A program made the position numbers and the translations under genes. From assembly GCF_044704955.1 (NCBI RefSeq), contig NC_091984.1, forward strand, positions 144,708,001 to 144,772,000: DNA of 64,000 nucleotides, written 5' to 3'. Every line of letters begins with the position of its first letter. The stretch's first letter is position 1. Origin of the DNA: Pristiophorus japonicus (lineage: Eukaryota). The notes beneath the pieces were generated by a model. The model was not told the origin of the DNA, did not search any database, and worked only from the letters and a program-made list of their open reading frames with translations. Positions 25,200 through 38,337 of this stretch are shown here, piece after piece.

Positions 25200-25870
25200 A
25201 TTAGTCTGAGCTTTCGACCACACATCCGCAGCATAACTAAGACCATCTATTTCCATCTCCGTAACATCGCCCGTCACCACCCCTGCCTCAGCTCATCCGC
25301 TGCTGAAACCCTCATCCATGCCTTTGTTACCTCTAGACTCGACTATTCCAACGCTCTCCTGGCTGGTCTCCCAGATTCTACTCTACGTAAACTAGCGGTG
25401 ATCCAAAACTCTGCTGCCCGTGTCCTAACTTGCACCAAGTCCCGCTCACCCATCACCCCTGTGCTCACTGACCTACATTGGCTCCTGGTTAAGTAATGCC
25501 TCGATTTCAAATTTCACATCCTTATTTTTGAATCGCTCCATGACCTCGCCCCTCCCTATCTCTCTAATCTCCTCCAGCCCCACAACCCCCTCGCGATGTC
25601 TGAGCTCCTCTAATTGTGCCCCCCTGATTATAATCGCTCAACCATTGGTGGCCATGCCTTCTTTTGCCTGGGTCCCAAGCTCTGGAACTCCCTCCCTAAA
25701 GCTCTGCGCCTCTCTACCTCTCTTTCCTCCTTCAAGATGCTCCTTAAACTCTATCTCCCTGCGCTAATTTCTACTTGTGCGGCTCAGTTTCAAATTTATA
25801 TCGCATAATACTCCTGTGAAGCACCATGGGATGTTTCACTACGTTAAAGGCGCTATATAAATACAAGTTG
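25200..25870 (+). mobile_element. L2-clade LINE 3' fragment
   Basis: FHLRNIAR..AETLIHAFVTSRLDYSNALL..HWL, GPKLWNSLP; tail AAAGGCGCTATATAAATACAAGTTG. Confidence 0.88.
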
Positions 25871-26108
25871 TTATTGGGAAAAACAGAACCACAACTGTTT
25901 GTAGACAAAACCCACGCAAGGATCCAACCGCTCTGCGATGCCGTGTGATAAAGTGTGGGCTGAAGCGTTCAGTGTGCTGGGGAACTTGGCCATGGGGGGA
26001 ATCGGAGGGTCCAGGTGTTGCTGCACCTGGATGGAAACAGTGAGCAGGTCACCAGGTCCTGTTGTTCAACACTGCGCTCGGTATTCCCACGTATTGGATC
26101 TGCCGAGG

Positions 26109-26304
26109 CTTCCTCAGTAACTGGGAATGATCCAGGGGAACCCAACAGGGTCTACATGGACTTCCTCAGTAACTGAGAATGATCCAGGGGAACCCAACAG
26201 GGACTACATGGACTTCCTCAGTAACTGGGAATGATCCAGGGGAACCCCACAGGGACTACATGGACTGCCTCAGTAACTGAGAATGATCCAGGGGAACCCA
26301 ACAG
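26109..26304 (+). repeat. 52-bp tandem repeat, ~3.8 copies
   Basis: CTTCCTCAGTAACTGGGAATGATCCAGGGGAACCCAACAGGGACTACATGGA at 26109, 26161, 26213 and ~26264. Confidence 0.92.
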
Positions 26305-27546
26305 GAACATACCATTATTGTCCCCGAGGGGGGCAAGAGGAGAGGGAAAGGTGAGGAACATACCACTATTTTCCCCGGGGGGGAGAGGAGAAGGAGAGGT
26401 GAGGAACATACAATTGTTTTCATCGTGGGGGGAGAAGAGGTGAGTACAGACCATTATTTTCCCTGGGGGAGGGAGCAAATGGGGAGAGGTGAGGAACATA
26501 CCATTATTGTCCCCGGGGGAGGGGGCGGGGGGGCGAGAGGAGAGGGAGAGATGCGGAACATACCATTATTGTCCACAGGGGTGGGGGTGGTGAAGAGGAG
26601 ACGGAGACTTGAGGAACATACAATTATTGACCCGGGGAGACGAAGAGAGAGAGCGGTGAGGATCATACCATTATTGTCCCTGGGGTGGGGGAGAGGGAGA
26701 GGTGCGGAACATACCATTATTTTCCCAGGGAGGGAGGGGGTAGAGGAGAGGCAGAGGTGAGAAACATACCATTATTGTCTCCGGGGGGGCGAAGAAGGAG
26801 AGCGGGTTGACTTATGAGGAATGGTTGAGTAGGTTGGGCCACCACTCATTGGAATTCAGAAGAAAGAGAGGTGATCTTATCAAAACATATCAGATTATGA
26901 GGGGGCTTGACAAGGTGGATGCAGAGAGGATGTTTCCACTGATGGGGGAGACTAGAACTAGAGGGCATAATCTGAGAATAGGAGGCCGCCCATTTAAAAC
27001 TGAGATGAGGAGGAATATCTTCTCTCAGAGGCTGGTGGATCGGTGGAATTCGCTGCCTCAGAGAGCTGTGGAAGCTGGGACATTAAATACATTTTAGACA
27101 GAAATAGAGTTTCTTAAATGATAACGGGTTATGGGGAATGAGCAGGGAAGTGGACCTGAGTCCATGATCGGATCAGCCATGATCGTATTAAATGGCGGAG
27201 CAGGCTCGAGGGGCGGTGTGGCCTACTCCTGCTCCTATTTCTTCAGTTCTTATGAGAGGTGAGGAACATACCATTATTGTCCCCGGGAGGGGGTGGGAGA
27301 GGAGAGGGAGAGATGAGGAACATACCATTATTGTCCCCGGGAGGGGGTGGGAGAGGAGAGGGAGAGATGAGGAACATCCCATTATTGTCCCCGGAGGGAC
27401 AGGAGAGGGAGAGGTGTGGAGCATACCATTATTGTCCCAGGGTGGGGGGAGGGAGGGAGAGAGAGAGAAAGAGAGAGGGAGGGGAGCGTTGAAGAACATA
27501 CGTTATTGTCCTGGGGGGCGGGGGGGTGAGTGGAGAGGTGAAGAAT
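26303..27546 (+). repeat. Purine-rich minisatellite (~15 copies) interrupted by a CR1 3' fragment (~26803-27252)
   Basis: Recurring core GAGGTGAGGAACATACCATTATTGTCCCC followed by variable G/A-rich segments, ~40-60 bp period. Confidence 0.9.
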
Positions 27547-28581
27547 TGTAGCTCCAGCTTTCTGGCCATTTCTATCAACAATATTTTAAATCCTTAAATC
27601 CAAATCCCCAAGAAAGAACTGTACTGTTTGGCGAGCTTGTGGGGGTGGCATTGAAGTGCATTCATTTACAACCGGACATTTCACACTGACAGGCTGGGTG
27701 GCAGGGAACCCAGGCCCATTGATGTCATCACCATCTAAAGTGATTCCTGGGAACAATATCCCGAGAGGTAACTCAGAGACACTGTGCCTTCGCATTATTA
27801 AAGCACAGTCACCACTCAGTCCCAACCCAAACTGGTGCCGGACAGGAAATGGCCAGCCCATTGTCTTCCAGAAGATAAGCCGGTTAAGCAAGATCGGTTT
27901 GTGATCGAAACCCATTACCTGCTAATGGGGGCCATCAACTCAGGAAACGACAGACATCCAGTAATCAGTACCCATTGTCTCTCCAGACGCAAGGCCTGGG
28001 AGCGGGAAAACACAACACAATTTTTCACAAAGATTTCAAAGGCTATGAGCCGCTCCAGGACACGGGGAGGTGGGGGGTCCAAACAGATCACCGGAGTCAA
28101 TCCATCGGTCAGTATTGGCGGGAGGAAAGGTGATGGGTTTTGGGGATATAAGGAGCTGCTTTCCAAAAAGCTCCAGCTCAGGAGGAAGAATGCTACGGAA
28201 AAAGCTCAGGAAAAAGCCCAGGAAAAAGCTCAGAAAAAACCCAGGAGTGAGACGTTCAGGAAGAAACTGCAAGCAAGACAACGGGCAATCAGGGTGAGCA
28301 TATTAGCTGTGTGAGGGGGTGATTGTAAGTCCCAACCAAACCCAAGGGGTTTAGTGCTGGGGGGGTCCTGTGTTAGTTTATATCACGGGAGGGTTCTTTT
28401 ATTAAGCCGTGGTAACTTTTATGTTTTGCACTGTTTATGAGTGGTGTTGTTAATCTTATTGAACATAATACAGTTGAGCCTGAAAAAAATGTGTCCGAGT
28501 CTGATCTATCCATATAATCCCTATCGTCCAGAACTTGTAGTAGGAGGTGCATTTACGTTACGCCGGAAAAAAACACCTACA
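27547..28581 (+). repeat. Solo-like copy of the element A LTR
   Basis: TGTAG...CTACA; inverted paralog of 9999-11131; TATA-like GGATATAAGG at ~28145; 12-bp GAAAAAGCYCAG repeats. Confidence 0.88.
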
Positions 28582-28587
28582 GGCACC

Positions 28588-28935
28588 CCCTCAGTACTGC
28601 CTCTTCGATAGTGCGGCACTCCCTCAGTACTGCCAATCTGACAGTGCGGCACTCCCTCAGTACTGTCACTCTGACAGTGTGGCACTCCCTCAGTACTGCC
28701 CCACCAACATTGCGGCACTCCCTCAGTACTGACGCTCCGACAGTGCGGCACTCCCTCAGTACTGCCCCACCAACATTGCGGCACTCCCTCAGTACTGACG
28801 TTCCAACAGTGCGGCACTCCCTCAGTACTGCCTTTCTGACAGTGCGGCACTCCCTCAGTACTGCCCCCCTGACAGTGCAGCACTCCCTCAGTACTGCCCC
28901 TCTGACAGTGCAGCAATCCCTCAGGACTGCACAGC
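28588..28935 (-). repeat. SINE-derived 33-bp tandem repeat (~10 copies)
   Basis: TCAGTACTG recurs at 28591, 28624, 28657 ... 28921 (period 33). Confidence 0.93.
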
Positions 28936-30351
28936 AGTGTATGTCTTTATTTTACACTCAGGTCCCTGGAGTGGGGCTTGAACCCACGATACAACATTGC
29001 ATCACTGGATGCTGCACAGTCCGGGCTGTGAGTCATATCCCGACCTCAGTTGAAACAGCTAACTCAGAACAAACAACAACAGCCACTTTTATACAGCACC
29101 TTTAACACAGTAAAACTCACCAAGTGCTTCACAGGAGCGTTATAGAATAAAGATTGACAGCGAGCCACGTAAGGAGACATTGAAAATTGCAGCTCAGTCA
29201 AATTGTGAGGGAAATTGTCAGTGCTGTCTTCATACCAAAAGGGGACGATGTTGCTTCTGAAAAGACCAGATTTTTTGACAATTTCTGTGAAACTCAATTG
29301 ATTGGTTTGTAAAACCCGTTTGTACCAAACCTCCAGTCAGGTTTGCAGAATCATTTCCAGTTCCCCACGTGTCATTTGATGGTGGATCTCAGCATGTATC
29401 TCCTCGTCCGCTCGTGAGGCGGTGTCTCAGACCGATTGGTGGGTCAGCAGCCACTCCGCACTGCATCGAGCATCGGCAGGCCATTCCACTGTGGAAGACC
29501 TCACCGCGGAGCTCTGTACACAGGGTATAACCACACAGAGACGCTCTGCCGCCAGGTACAGCAGCAACAACCTGCATTGCTATAGCAACTGGAACATTAG
29601 AACAACATCCCAAGGCAGCTGACAGAGGCGTAATCTGGTCAAAGTGGTGCTGAGCCAAAGGGGGAGGGGCTGGGAGGGTGATCAAAACGCTCAGTCGCAG
29701 ATTGGGTTTGAAGGGAGGTCTTAAAAGAGGAGAGAGGTGGAGTGGCAGAGTGGTTTAGGGAGCAGAGAGTTAGGGCCCAGGCAGCTGAAGGCACGGCCCC
29801 CAATGGAGGGGGAAGGGAAGGGGGGGATGGATAAGAAGCCTGAGCCAGATACAGCGGCCCCTGAATACAACAACAACTTGTATTTATATAGCGCATGTTG
29901 TGACAATGACAGACAGCGAGAATATAACCCTGATAATGTAACACAGTATTTGCAGCACTTGACACTGTGGGGAAAGCTTGTAATTTTAAATCCATGAGCT
30001 GTACATAAGCGAGAGCAGGACCTGTTTGTGACTGGTGCGGAGATCACCACTTACAGAAGGTAGTTACTGCAGGGAATTCAGGGCCACAGTGACCTCCTGG
30101 ACTAGTTTCCATCGCCTGGGGAGCGGGGGATGGTCGGAGAGGAGTTTCCCAGATTTATTTCCCCCAATGGGTTTTTTCCCTGGTTTTTTGCCTCTCCCAG
30201 GAGATCAGGTAGTTTTGGGTGGGGTGGAGAGTCTATACTGTGATACACAAGGTATCACAATTGTGTGGGACGGGCTGGATTGACCACAGGGTCTTTACCT
30301 GTCCGTCACTGTCCGCGGGTTTGGGTTTCAAAGACGTAGAGCTGAATTGGA

Positions 30352-31292
30352 AAGAAGGACTTGCATTTATAGAGCGCCTTTCACTACCTCAGGACATCCC
30401 AAAGAGCTTTACAGCCAATGAAGTACTTTTGAAGTGTAGTCGCTGAGGTAATGGAGGAGACACGACAGACAGTGTGTGCACAGCAAGCTCCCACAAGTTA
30501 CTTTGGGCCCAAATTATAACTTTTCCATGCCGAATTCCCGCCCCGGAAGCAAAATTGGGGTCACAGCCCCTGACAGGAAGTGGAGTGCAATGTGGTGTAC
30601 AGCATTTCCCCTGGGGGCGGGCTCGGGGGCCAGTGTCAGGCTGCACCATCGCGGCACTGACCCCGTCACATCGGCATAGAAAGGCCTGACCGGTTAGTTT
30701 TCCAAAACAAATGTCGGGGCGCAGAGGCGCGCACTGCCTGTAACTTTCACCCCGTGAGTGAAATGCGGCCCGGTTCGTGACCCGCAGGCCTGGTGCGGAC
30801 ACGGCTCACGGGGCACTCTTCGTTTCGCGTCTCTGCTAAATCGCACGGGTAGCTCCCCCCCGCAACCGCCACTCCATACCCTCGGGGAAAACACTGTCAC
30901 ACCCCATAAGCGCCCTCCGGAGGCACTAATGGCAGGCACATAGCGGGTGAATTTCATCCCCAGTCTGTTTTTGTTATGTTGATTGAGGGATAAATATTGA
31001 CCAGGACACTGGGGAGAACTCCCCTGCTCTTCTTCAAAACATTGGCATGGGATCGTTAACGCCAACCTGAGAGAGCAGATGGGGCCTTGGTTTAACCTCT
31101 CGCCTGAAAGACGGCACCTCCGACAGTGCATCACTACCTCAGTTCTGCATTGGGACTGTCAGTGTGGATTTCTGAGAGTCTCTGGAGTGGACCATCTCTC
31201 CAGCCACGCATTCATCTGTTCTATCCTCCTATTCTGGAGTGGACCTTCGGACTCAGAGGTGAGTGTGCTGCCCATTGAGCCACAGCTGACTG
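30352..31292 (-). mobile_element. Deu-domain (SacSINE1-like) SINE split by a GC-rich insertion (~30505-30962, possible MITE)
   Basis: CAGCCAATGAAGTACTTTTG, CACAGCAAGCTCCCACAA and GGGGAGAACTCCCCTGCTCTTCTTC are shared with 38915-39370. Confidence 0.7.
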
Positions 31293-31389
31293 AGCTGGAA
31301 ACTTAAGGCTCATTAATGGCCCATCGATGGTGTTCGCCCTCAGTGGGGTGAACAAATCCAGAAATTATGGCCAGAATGATGTAGGCTAG

Positions 31390-34300
31390 GCCATTATTTG
31401 CTTTTTTTTAGTTTTAAATTTATTTCTGCTAAGTTATTTCTCAGTCTATTAAATAGATGCATGGCAGGGCAGTTCTGTCCCGTGGAGAGCACATCCTGTG
31501 CCATGTGGGAAGTCCTGGACACTTCTCGTGGCCTGGACGACCACATGTGCAGGAAGTGTCACCAGCTACAGCAACTCGAGCTCCGCGTTTCGGAGATTGA
31601 GCGGCGGCTGGAGTCACTGCGGTGCATCCGCGAGGCTGAGAACTTCGTGGATAGCACGTTTCTAGAGGTGGCCACCACTCAGCTTAAGAGTGTGCAGGCA
31701 TGAGAGGGAATGGGTGACCACCAGACAGAAGAGGAGGTCCAGGCAGGTAGTGCAGGAGTCCCCTGAGTCCATCTCGCTCTCCAACCAGTATTCTGTTCTG
31801 AGTACTGATGGGGGCGATGGTTCCTCCAGGAAATGCAGCCAGAGCCAAGTCCACGGCATCACGGGTGGCTCAGCTGCACAGCGGGGAGGAAGAAGAGCGG
31901 AAGAGCAATAGTGGTAAGGGGAACAGACAGGCATTTCTGCGGCCGCAGGCGTGACTCCAGGATGGTATGTTGCCTGCCTGGTGCCAGGGTCCAGAATTTC
32001 ACTGAGTGGCTGCAGTACGTTCTGACGGGGGAGGGTGAACAGCCAGAGATTGTGGTCCATATCGATACCAATGACATAGGTAGAAAGAAGTATGTGGTCC
32101 TACAGGCAGAGTTTAGAGAGCTCGATTAAAAAGCAACACAGCAATGGTAGTAATCTCCGGATTACTCCTGGTGCCACGAGCTAGTGAGTACAGAAATAGG
32201 AGGATAGAGCAGATGAATGCGTGGCTGGAGAGATGGTGCAGGATGGAGGGCTTTAGTTTTCTGAGGCATTGGGACCATTTCTCGGGGAGGTGGGACCTGT
32301 CCAAGTCAGACGGGTTACACGTCAACAGAGCCGTGACCAATATCCTCGTGGGGGGGGTTTGCTAGTGCTGTTGGGGAGGGTTTAAACTAGCTTGGCAGGG
32401 GGATGGGAACCGGAGAATAGATTCAGTGGGGAGAGAAGCAAATCTGGAATTGGAAAGCAGAAAAGTAGTAAGTAAATTTGGAAGACAGAGGAAACAAAGC
32501 CCAGAAAATAGACAGCAAAGATGGTTGGCAGTGCTCAATGGTATATACTTCAATGCAAGGAGTATAGGGAATATTGCAGATGAGCTGAGAGCACAGATAG
32601 ACAATTGAGAGAACGATATTGGGATGGAAATTCTGACGTGTCCGGGCCCGTCCGTAGTTTCTACGGACCCGGGAAGGCATCGGAAAAGCCGGTTTTCAGC
32701 GTGCAATGCGCATGCACTGAAAACCTGCTTTTCCGATCTGTCAAGCTGGAGCTGGAGAGATCGTAGCCAGATCATGAGCGAGGACATTTGTATGGGCAAG
32801 ATGGGACTATTTATCCATATCTTGCCCAGCAAATGTCCTCAAAAATCATAGCCTACTTTTACAGGCGTAAGTGCTTTAAAACATACAGAAACAATTGTAA
32901 AATAAAATTATAGACATGTAGTTTATTGTTCATAAACCTCCCCACGACAGTAAGTTTATTACCATAATTAAAAAAACTTTTTTAGCAATCGGGAACATAT
33001 TTTATTTCTATAAGACATAATAACTTTAATTTCAAATAATTTTAAATATCTGTGGTCTGTTTTTTAGTTTTTATTCTTTTGTGTGTTTGGTTTTGTCCCC
33101 ATTAATAGCACTGAGAACTGGTAGATACGCGAGTCTCAGTGCTATTAATGGGAACCTGTGAACTACCTACCTGATTGGCTGAGCAGCCACACATGACTGC
33201 ATCTTCTGCGTGGGAACCCTCTGGACTGGATCGTTCTTAAATGCATTCAGGAGAATTTTATCAGCGAGTATGTAACAAGTCCAACAAGGGAGGGGACGGA
33301 TCTGGACTTGGTTTTGGGGAATGAAGAGGGGCAGGTGGAAGGGGTATCAGTGGGAGAGCATTTTGGCGCCAGTGATCATAATTCAGTTAGATTTAGTGTA
33401 GTTATGGAAAAGGACAAAGATAGACCAGGAATAAAAGTTCTCAATTGGGGAAAAGCCAATTTTGCTGAGCTGAGATGAGATTTGGCCAAAGCGGACTGGA
33501 AACAGCTACTTGATGGTAAATCAGTGTCAAATCAGTGTCAGAGCAGTGAGAGGCATTCAAGCAGGAAATCCTGTGGTTTCAGAGTAAGTCTGTTCCCTTA
33601 AAGAAAAATGGTGGGACTAAAAATCCTCGGGGCCCTGGATGTCAAGGGAAATACAGTGTAGGATAAAGTAAAAAAGGGAGGCTTATGACAGATACCGAGG
33701 GCTCAATACTGCAGGAACTTTAGAGGAGTATAGAAAGTGCAGGGTGCAATTGAAAAGGAAATTAGGAAAGCAAAGAGAGAGCATGAAAACATTTTGGCAA
33801 GTAAAATCAAGGAAAACCCAAAGATGTTTTATAAATACATTCAGAGCAGGAGGATAATTAAAGAAAGTGGAGAGCCTATTCGAGACCATAAAGGTAATCT
33901 GTGTGTGGAGGCGTAAGACGTGGGTATGTTTCTGAATGAATACTTTCTGTCTGTTCTCACAAAAGAGAGAGGCAATGCAGACATTGCAATCAGGGAGGAG
34001 GAGTGTGAAATATTAGATGAAATAAGCATCGTGAGAGAGGAAGTATTAAGGGGCTTAGCAGCTTTGAAAGTGGATAAATCCCCTGGCCCTGATAAAATGT
34101 ATCCCAAGCTGTTAAGTGAAGCAAAAGAGGAAATAGCACAGGCTCTGACCAACATTATTCAATCCTCTCTGACTACACGTTTGGTGCCAGAGGTCTGGAG
34201 GACTGCTAATGTTGTACCTTTGTTTAAAAAGGGAGAAAGGGATAGACCGAGTAATTGCAGGCCAGTCAGCCTAACCTCATGGTGGGAAAGTTATTGGAAA

Positions 34301-35766
34301 AAATTCTGAGAGACAGGATAAATCTTCATTTAGAAAGACATGGATTAATCCAGGACAGTCAGCATGGATTTGTAAAGGGAAGGTCGTGTCTGACTAACTG
34401 AATTGAATTCACAAGGAAGTAATAAGGAGGGTTGATGAGGGCAGTGCGTATGATGTAGTGTAGATAGATTTTTGCAAGACTTTTGGTAAGGTCCTACATG
34501 GCAGACTGGTCATGAAAGTGAAACCCCTTGGGATCCAGGGCAAAGTGGCAAGTTGGATCCAAAATTGGCTCAGAGGCAGGAAGCAAAGGGTAATGGTTGG
34601 TGATTTAATGACTGGAAGGCTGTTTCCAGTGGGGTTCCGCAGGGCTCAGTACAAGGTCATTGCTTTTTTTGGTATATATCAATGATTTAGACTTGAATGT
34701 AGGGGGCATGATAAAGAAGTTTGCAGATGATACTAAAATCGGCCGTGTGGCTGATAATGAAGAAGAAAGCTGCAGACTGCAGGAAGATATCAATGAAATG
34801 GTCAGGTGGGCAGAACAGTGGCAAATAGAATTTAATCCAGAGAAGTGTGAGGTAATGCATTTGGGGAGGGCTACCAAGGCAAGGGAATACACATTAAATT
34901 GTAGGATACAGAGAAGTGTAGAGGAACAAAGGGACATATCCACAGATACCTGAAGGTAGCAGGTCAGGTAGATGTGAGGTTATCCACTTTGACAGAAAGA
35001 ATAGAAAAGCAAATTATTTTTTAAATGGAGAATAATTACAAATTGCTGCAGTACAGAGGGATTTTGGGGTCCTTGTGCATGAAACACAAAAATTTAGAAT
35101 GTAGCAAGTAATCAGGAAAGCAAATGGAATTTTGGCCGTTATTGCAAGGGGGGTGGAGTATAAAAGCAGGGAAGTCCTGCTACAATTGTACAGGGTACTG
35201 GTGAGACCTGGAGTACTGTGTGCAGTTTTGTTCTCCAAATTTAAGAAAGCATATCCTTTCATTGAAGGCAGTTCAGAGAAGGCCCACTAGGTTGATTCCG
35301 GAGCAGAGGGGGTTGACTTATGAAGACTTGTTGAGTAGGTTGGGCCTATACTCATTGGAGTTCAGAAAAATGAGAGTTGATCTTCTCGAAACATATAATA
35401 TAATGAGAGGGCTTGACAAGGTGGATGTAGAGAGGATATTTCCACCTCATAGAGGAAACTAAAACTAGAGGGCATAGTTTCAGAATAAGGGGTCGCCTAT
35501 TTAGAACTGAGATGAGGAGGAATTTCTTCTCTCAGAGGGTTGTAAATCTGTGGAATTCTCATGCCACAGAGAGCTGTGGAGGCTGGGTCATTGAATATAT
35601 TTAAGACAGAGATAGACAGATTTTTGAACAATTAGTGGATAAAAGGTTCTGGTGAGCAGGCAGGGAAGTGGAGCTGAGTCCACGATCAGATCAGCCAAGA
35701 TCTCATTGAATGGTGGAGCAGGCTCGAGGGGCCAAATATACTCCTGCTCCTATTTCTTATGTTCTT
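31390..35766 (+). mobile_element. CR1 LINE composite including ORF1 (zinc finger/leucine zipper plus esterase) and decayed ORF2; AT-rich insertion at ~32620-33230
   Basis: CAMWE..CRKCHQLQQLELRV, VCCLPGARV, VVHIDTNDIG, DGLHVN; ORF2 KSPGPD, WRTANVVPLFKKG, KFADDTK; TTCTTATG tail. Confidence 0.88.
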
Positions 35767-36447
35767 AATCCGTAATACCCTTACCCAACAGGGTGCTGAT
35801 GGTGCCGGAGAACCAGCCTGAACCTCAGATCCTGAACTGTCCACTGCAACACTGGACTGAGACACAGAGGGAGCAGAGTGTGTGCAAAGTGGTGACTGGC
35901 TGGTCCCCTGGTCCCCGAGACCCCTCCCCGACCCCACAGTCCCAACAGGATCCCCCCCCTCGATACCCAGCACCCAGTCCCCTCCAGAGCCCCTGACCTC
36001 CCCGTGACCCCCATGATCCCCCCCACCCCCCGATCACGCTGCTCCCCCCCGTTCCACGCACAGTCAGCCCCCGATAAAGCCCACCCTCCCCCGGCCCGGT
36101 CTCCCCTCTCCTGGGTAACAGTCTTGCACACACATACACACACCTACAGACAGTGCTGGGTAACAGTCACACACACACACACACACACCTACAGGCGGTG
36201 CTGGGTAAGTCACACTAACACGCAGGGACATGTCCACGGTGATACACTGACTGCTCCTCTCCCTAAGCTGAGGCCTCACTTGGTACAGTTTTGTGCTGCT
36301 GCCATGAGCCACACGTTAAGGAGAGAGAATGCAACATTGTGACTGTGGCCTCCTGCCCCCAGATTGCCCCCAGCAGTCAGCACACAGTGCACATTGCGAT
36401 CCCACCATCGGGGGCAGCCCCAACACCCCCAGTGTGCAGAGTGAGAG

Positions 36448-37560
36448 CCAACAAGCTCCCCGCTGGAGTGGAACTAAACTACAGAACCAGTGGGAACCTG
36501 TTCAACCTGCACAATCTCCAGGCCAGATCCAAGGCCACTCCAACCTCGGTCGTCGAGCTACAGTATGTGGACGACGTCCGCATCTGCGCACATACAGAGG
36601 CCGCACTCCAGGACATAGTCGACGTATTTACTGAGGCGTACGAAAGCATGGGCCTTACGCTAAACATCCGTAAGACAAAGGTCCTCCACCAGCCTGCCCT
36701 CATCACACAGCACTGCCCCCAGTCATCAAGATCCATGGCGCTACCCTGGACACCGTGGACCACTTCCCTTATCTCGGGAGCCACCAATCAATAAGAGCAG
36801 GCATCGACGACGCGATCCAACACCGCCTCCATGCGCCAGTGCAGCCTTCGGTCACCTGAGGAAAAGAGTGTTTGAAGACCAGGCCCTCCAAACTGCCACC
36901 AAGCTCATGGTCTACAGGGCTGTAGTAATACCTGCCCTCCAATATGGCTCAGAGACATGGACCATGTACAGCAGACACCTCAAGTTGCTGGACAAATATC
37001 ACCAATGATGTTTCTGCTAGATCCGACAAATCCCCTGGGAGGACAGGCACACCAACATCAGCGTCCTCAGTCAGGCTAACATCCCCAGCATTGAAGCACT
37101 GCCCACACTTGATAGCTCCGCTGGGCAGGCCACGTAGTCCGCATGCTAGACACGAGACTCCCAAAGCAAGTGCTCTACTCGGAGCTTCTTCATGGCAAAC
37201 GAGCCAAAGGTGGGCAGCGGAAACGCTACAAGGACACCCTCAAAGCCTCCCTGATAAAGTGCAACATCCCCACTGACACCTGGGAGTCCCTGGCCCAAGA
37301 CCACCCTAAGTGGAGGAAGTGCATCCGACAGGGCGCTGAGCAACTCGAGTCTCGTCGCCAAGAGCATGCAGAAACCAAGCGCAGGCAGCGGAAAGAGCGT
37401 GCTGCGAATCTGTCCCCAGCCACCCCTTCCCTCAATGACTGTCTGTCTCACCTGTGACAGAGTCTGTGGTTCTCGTATTGGACTGTTCAGCCACAAAAGA
37501 ACTCACTTCAGGATGGAAGCAAGTCTTTCTTGATTCCGAGGGACTGCCGATGATATGATG
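36448..37560 (+). mobile_element. RTE-clade (BovB-like) LINE 3' fragment
   Basis: LQYVDD, GLTLNIRKTKVL, RLPKQVLYSEL..GGQRKRYKDTLK; tail ending GATGATATGATG. Confidence 0.88.
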
Positions 37561-37818
37561 AGACTGGGATGGTTTAATCCCAGCAGCTTTTAGTGTCTCT
37601 GCATTTAATCTTGTGCACTCCAGGGGTTCGAGGTCAAATTGATCATTTTAAAATGATTGATAATTGGCTTTGAATCAAATCTCCTGCTGACGTGCCATTG
37701 ATTGACAGCCCACTCAGCCAATCAGGACAGACACTTACTGAAATGCAGCCAATCCAGCTGAGGGGGAGGTGGGACATTTCCAAAGCACTCGCCAGACACA
37801 GACTGAATATTCTTCACG

Positions 37819-37919
37819 TTTATTGCCTTTTACAGATTCACATTTACAGAAACAAGACTTGAATAAACAGCCCAGCGAGAGCGAGCTGGAGACATTCGCA
37901 GGGAGAATGCAGCTTTATT
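37819..37919 (-). terminator. Candidate polyadenylation signals for the IgL C exon
   Basis: AATAAA on the minus strand at 37919-37914 and 37824-37819, ~420-520 nt after the stop codon. Confidence 0.55.
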
Positions 37920-38337
37920 AAAACAGTTGTGGGATTTTCTCCACACTGTGAGAATCCTGTCCCTTTACACGGGGACTAAACCTTGAATTGTAACAGCAGG
38001 GTGAGCAGGGAGGGGGTCTGCTTACTGAAGCAGCACTTCGTAGTTTAACATTAGTTTTACTCTGCTGACAGTCTTCAGCATTTTCGAGAGGTTTTACTTG
38101 GCAGCACGAGTCAACACTGTCCCATCAAACCCTCCCAGGGCAGGTACAGCACGGGTTAGATACAGAGTAAAGCTCCCTCGACACTGCCCCAATAATGTGC
38201 CTTACCCCCTGACCCTCAGATGCTTTCCCGGACCAAGTCCCGAGAAGGAAGAGAGTAGAAATGCAGTGCTGACAATGACCTTTGCCCTCCCGGTTCTATT
38301 TAAAGTTGCGTCTCCCCCGCGGACTGTCGCTGACACG

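Noticed and set aside
26303-27546. CRISPR-like repeat/spacer appearance
   Set aside because: Eukaryotic context, no cas genes, spacers are low-complexity G/A runs related to each other, and the cores are degenerate
28521-29105. Repetitive ORFs (STEGVPHC / VRHSLST repeats)
   Set aside because: Translation of the 33-bp tandem repeat
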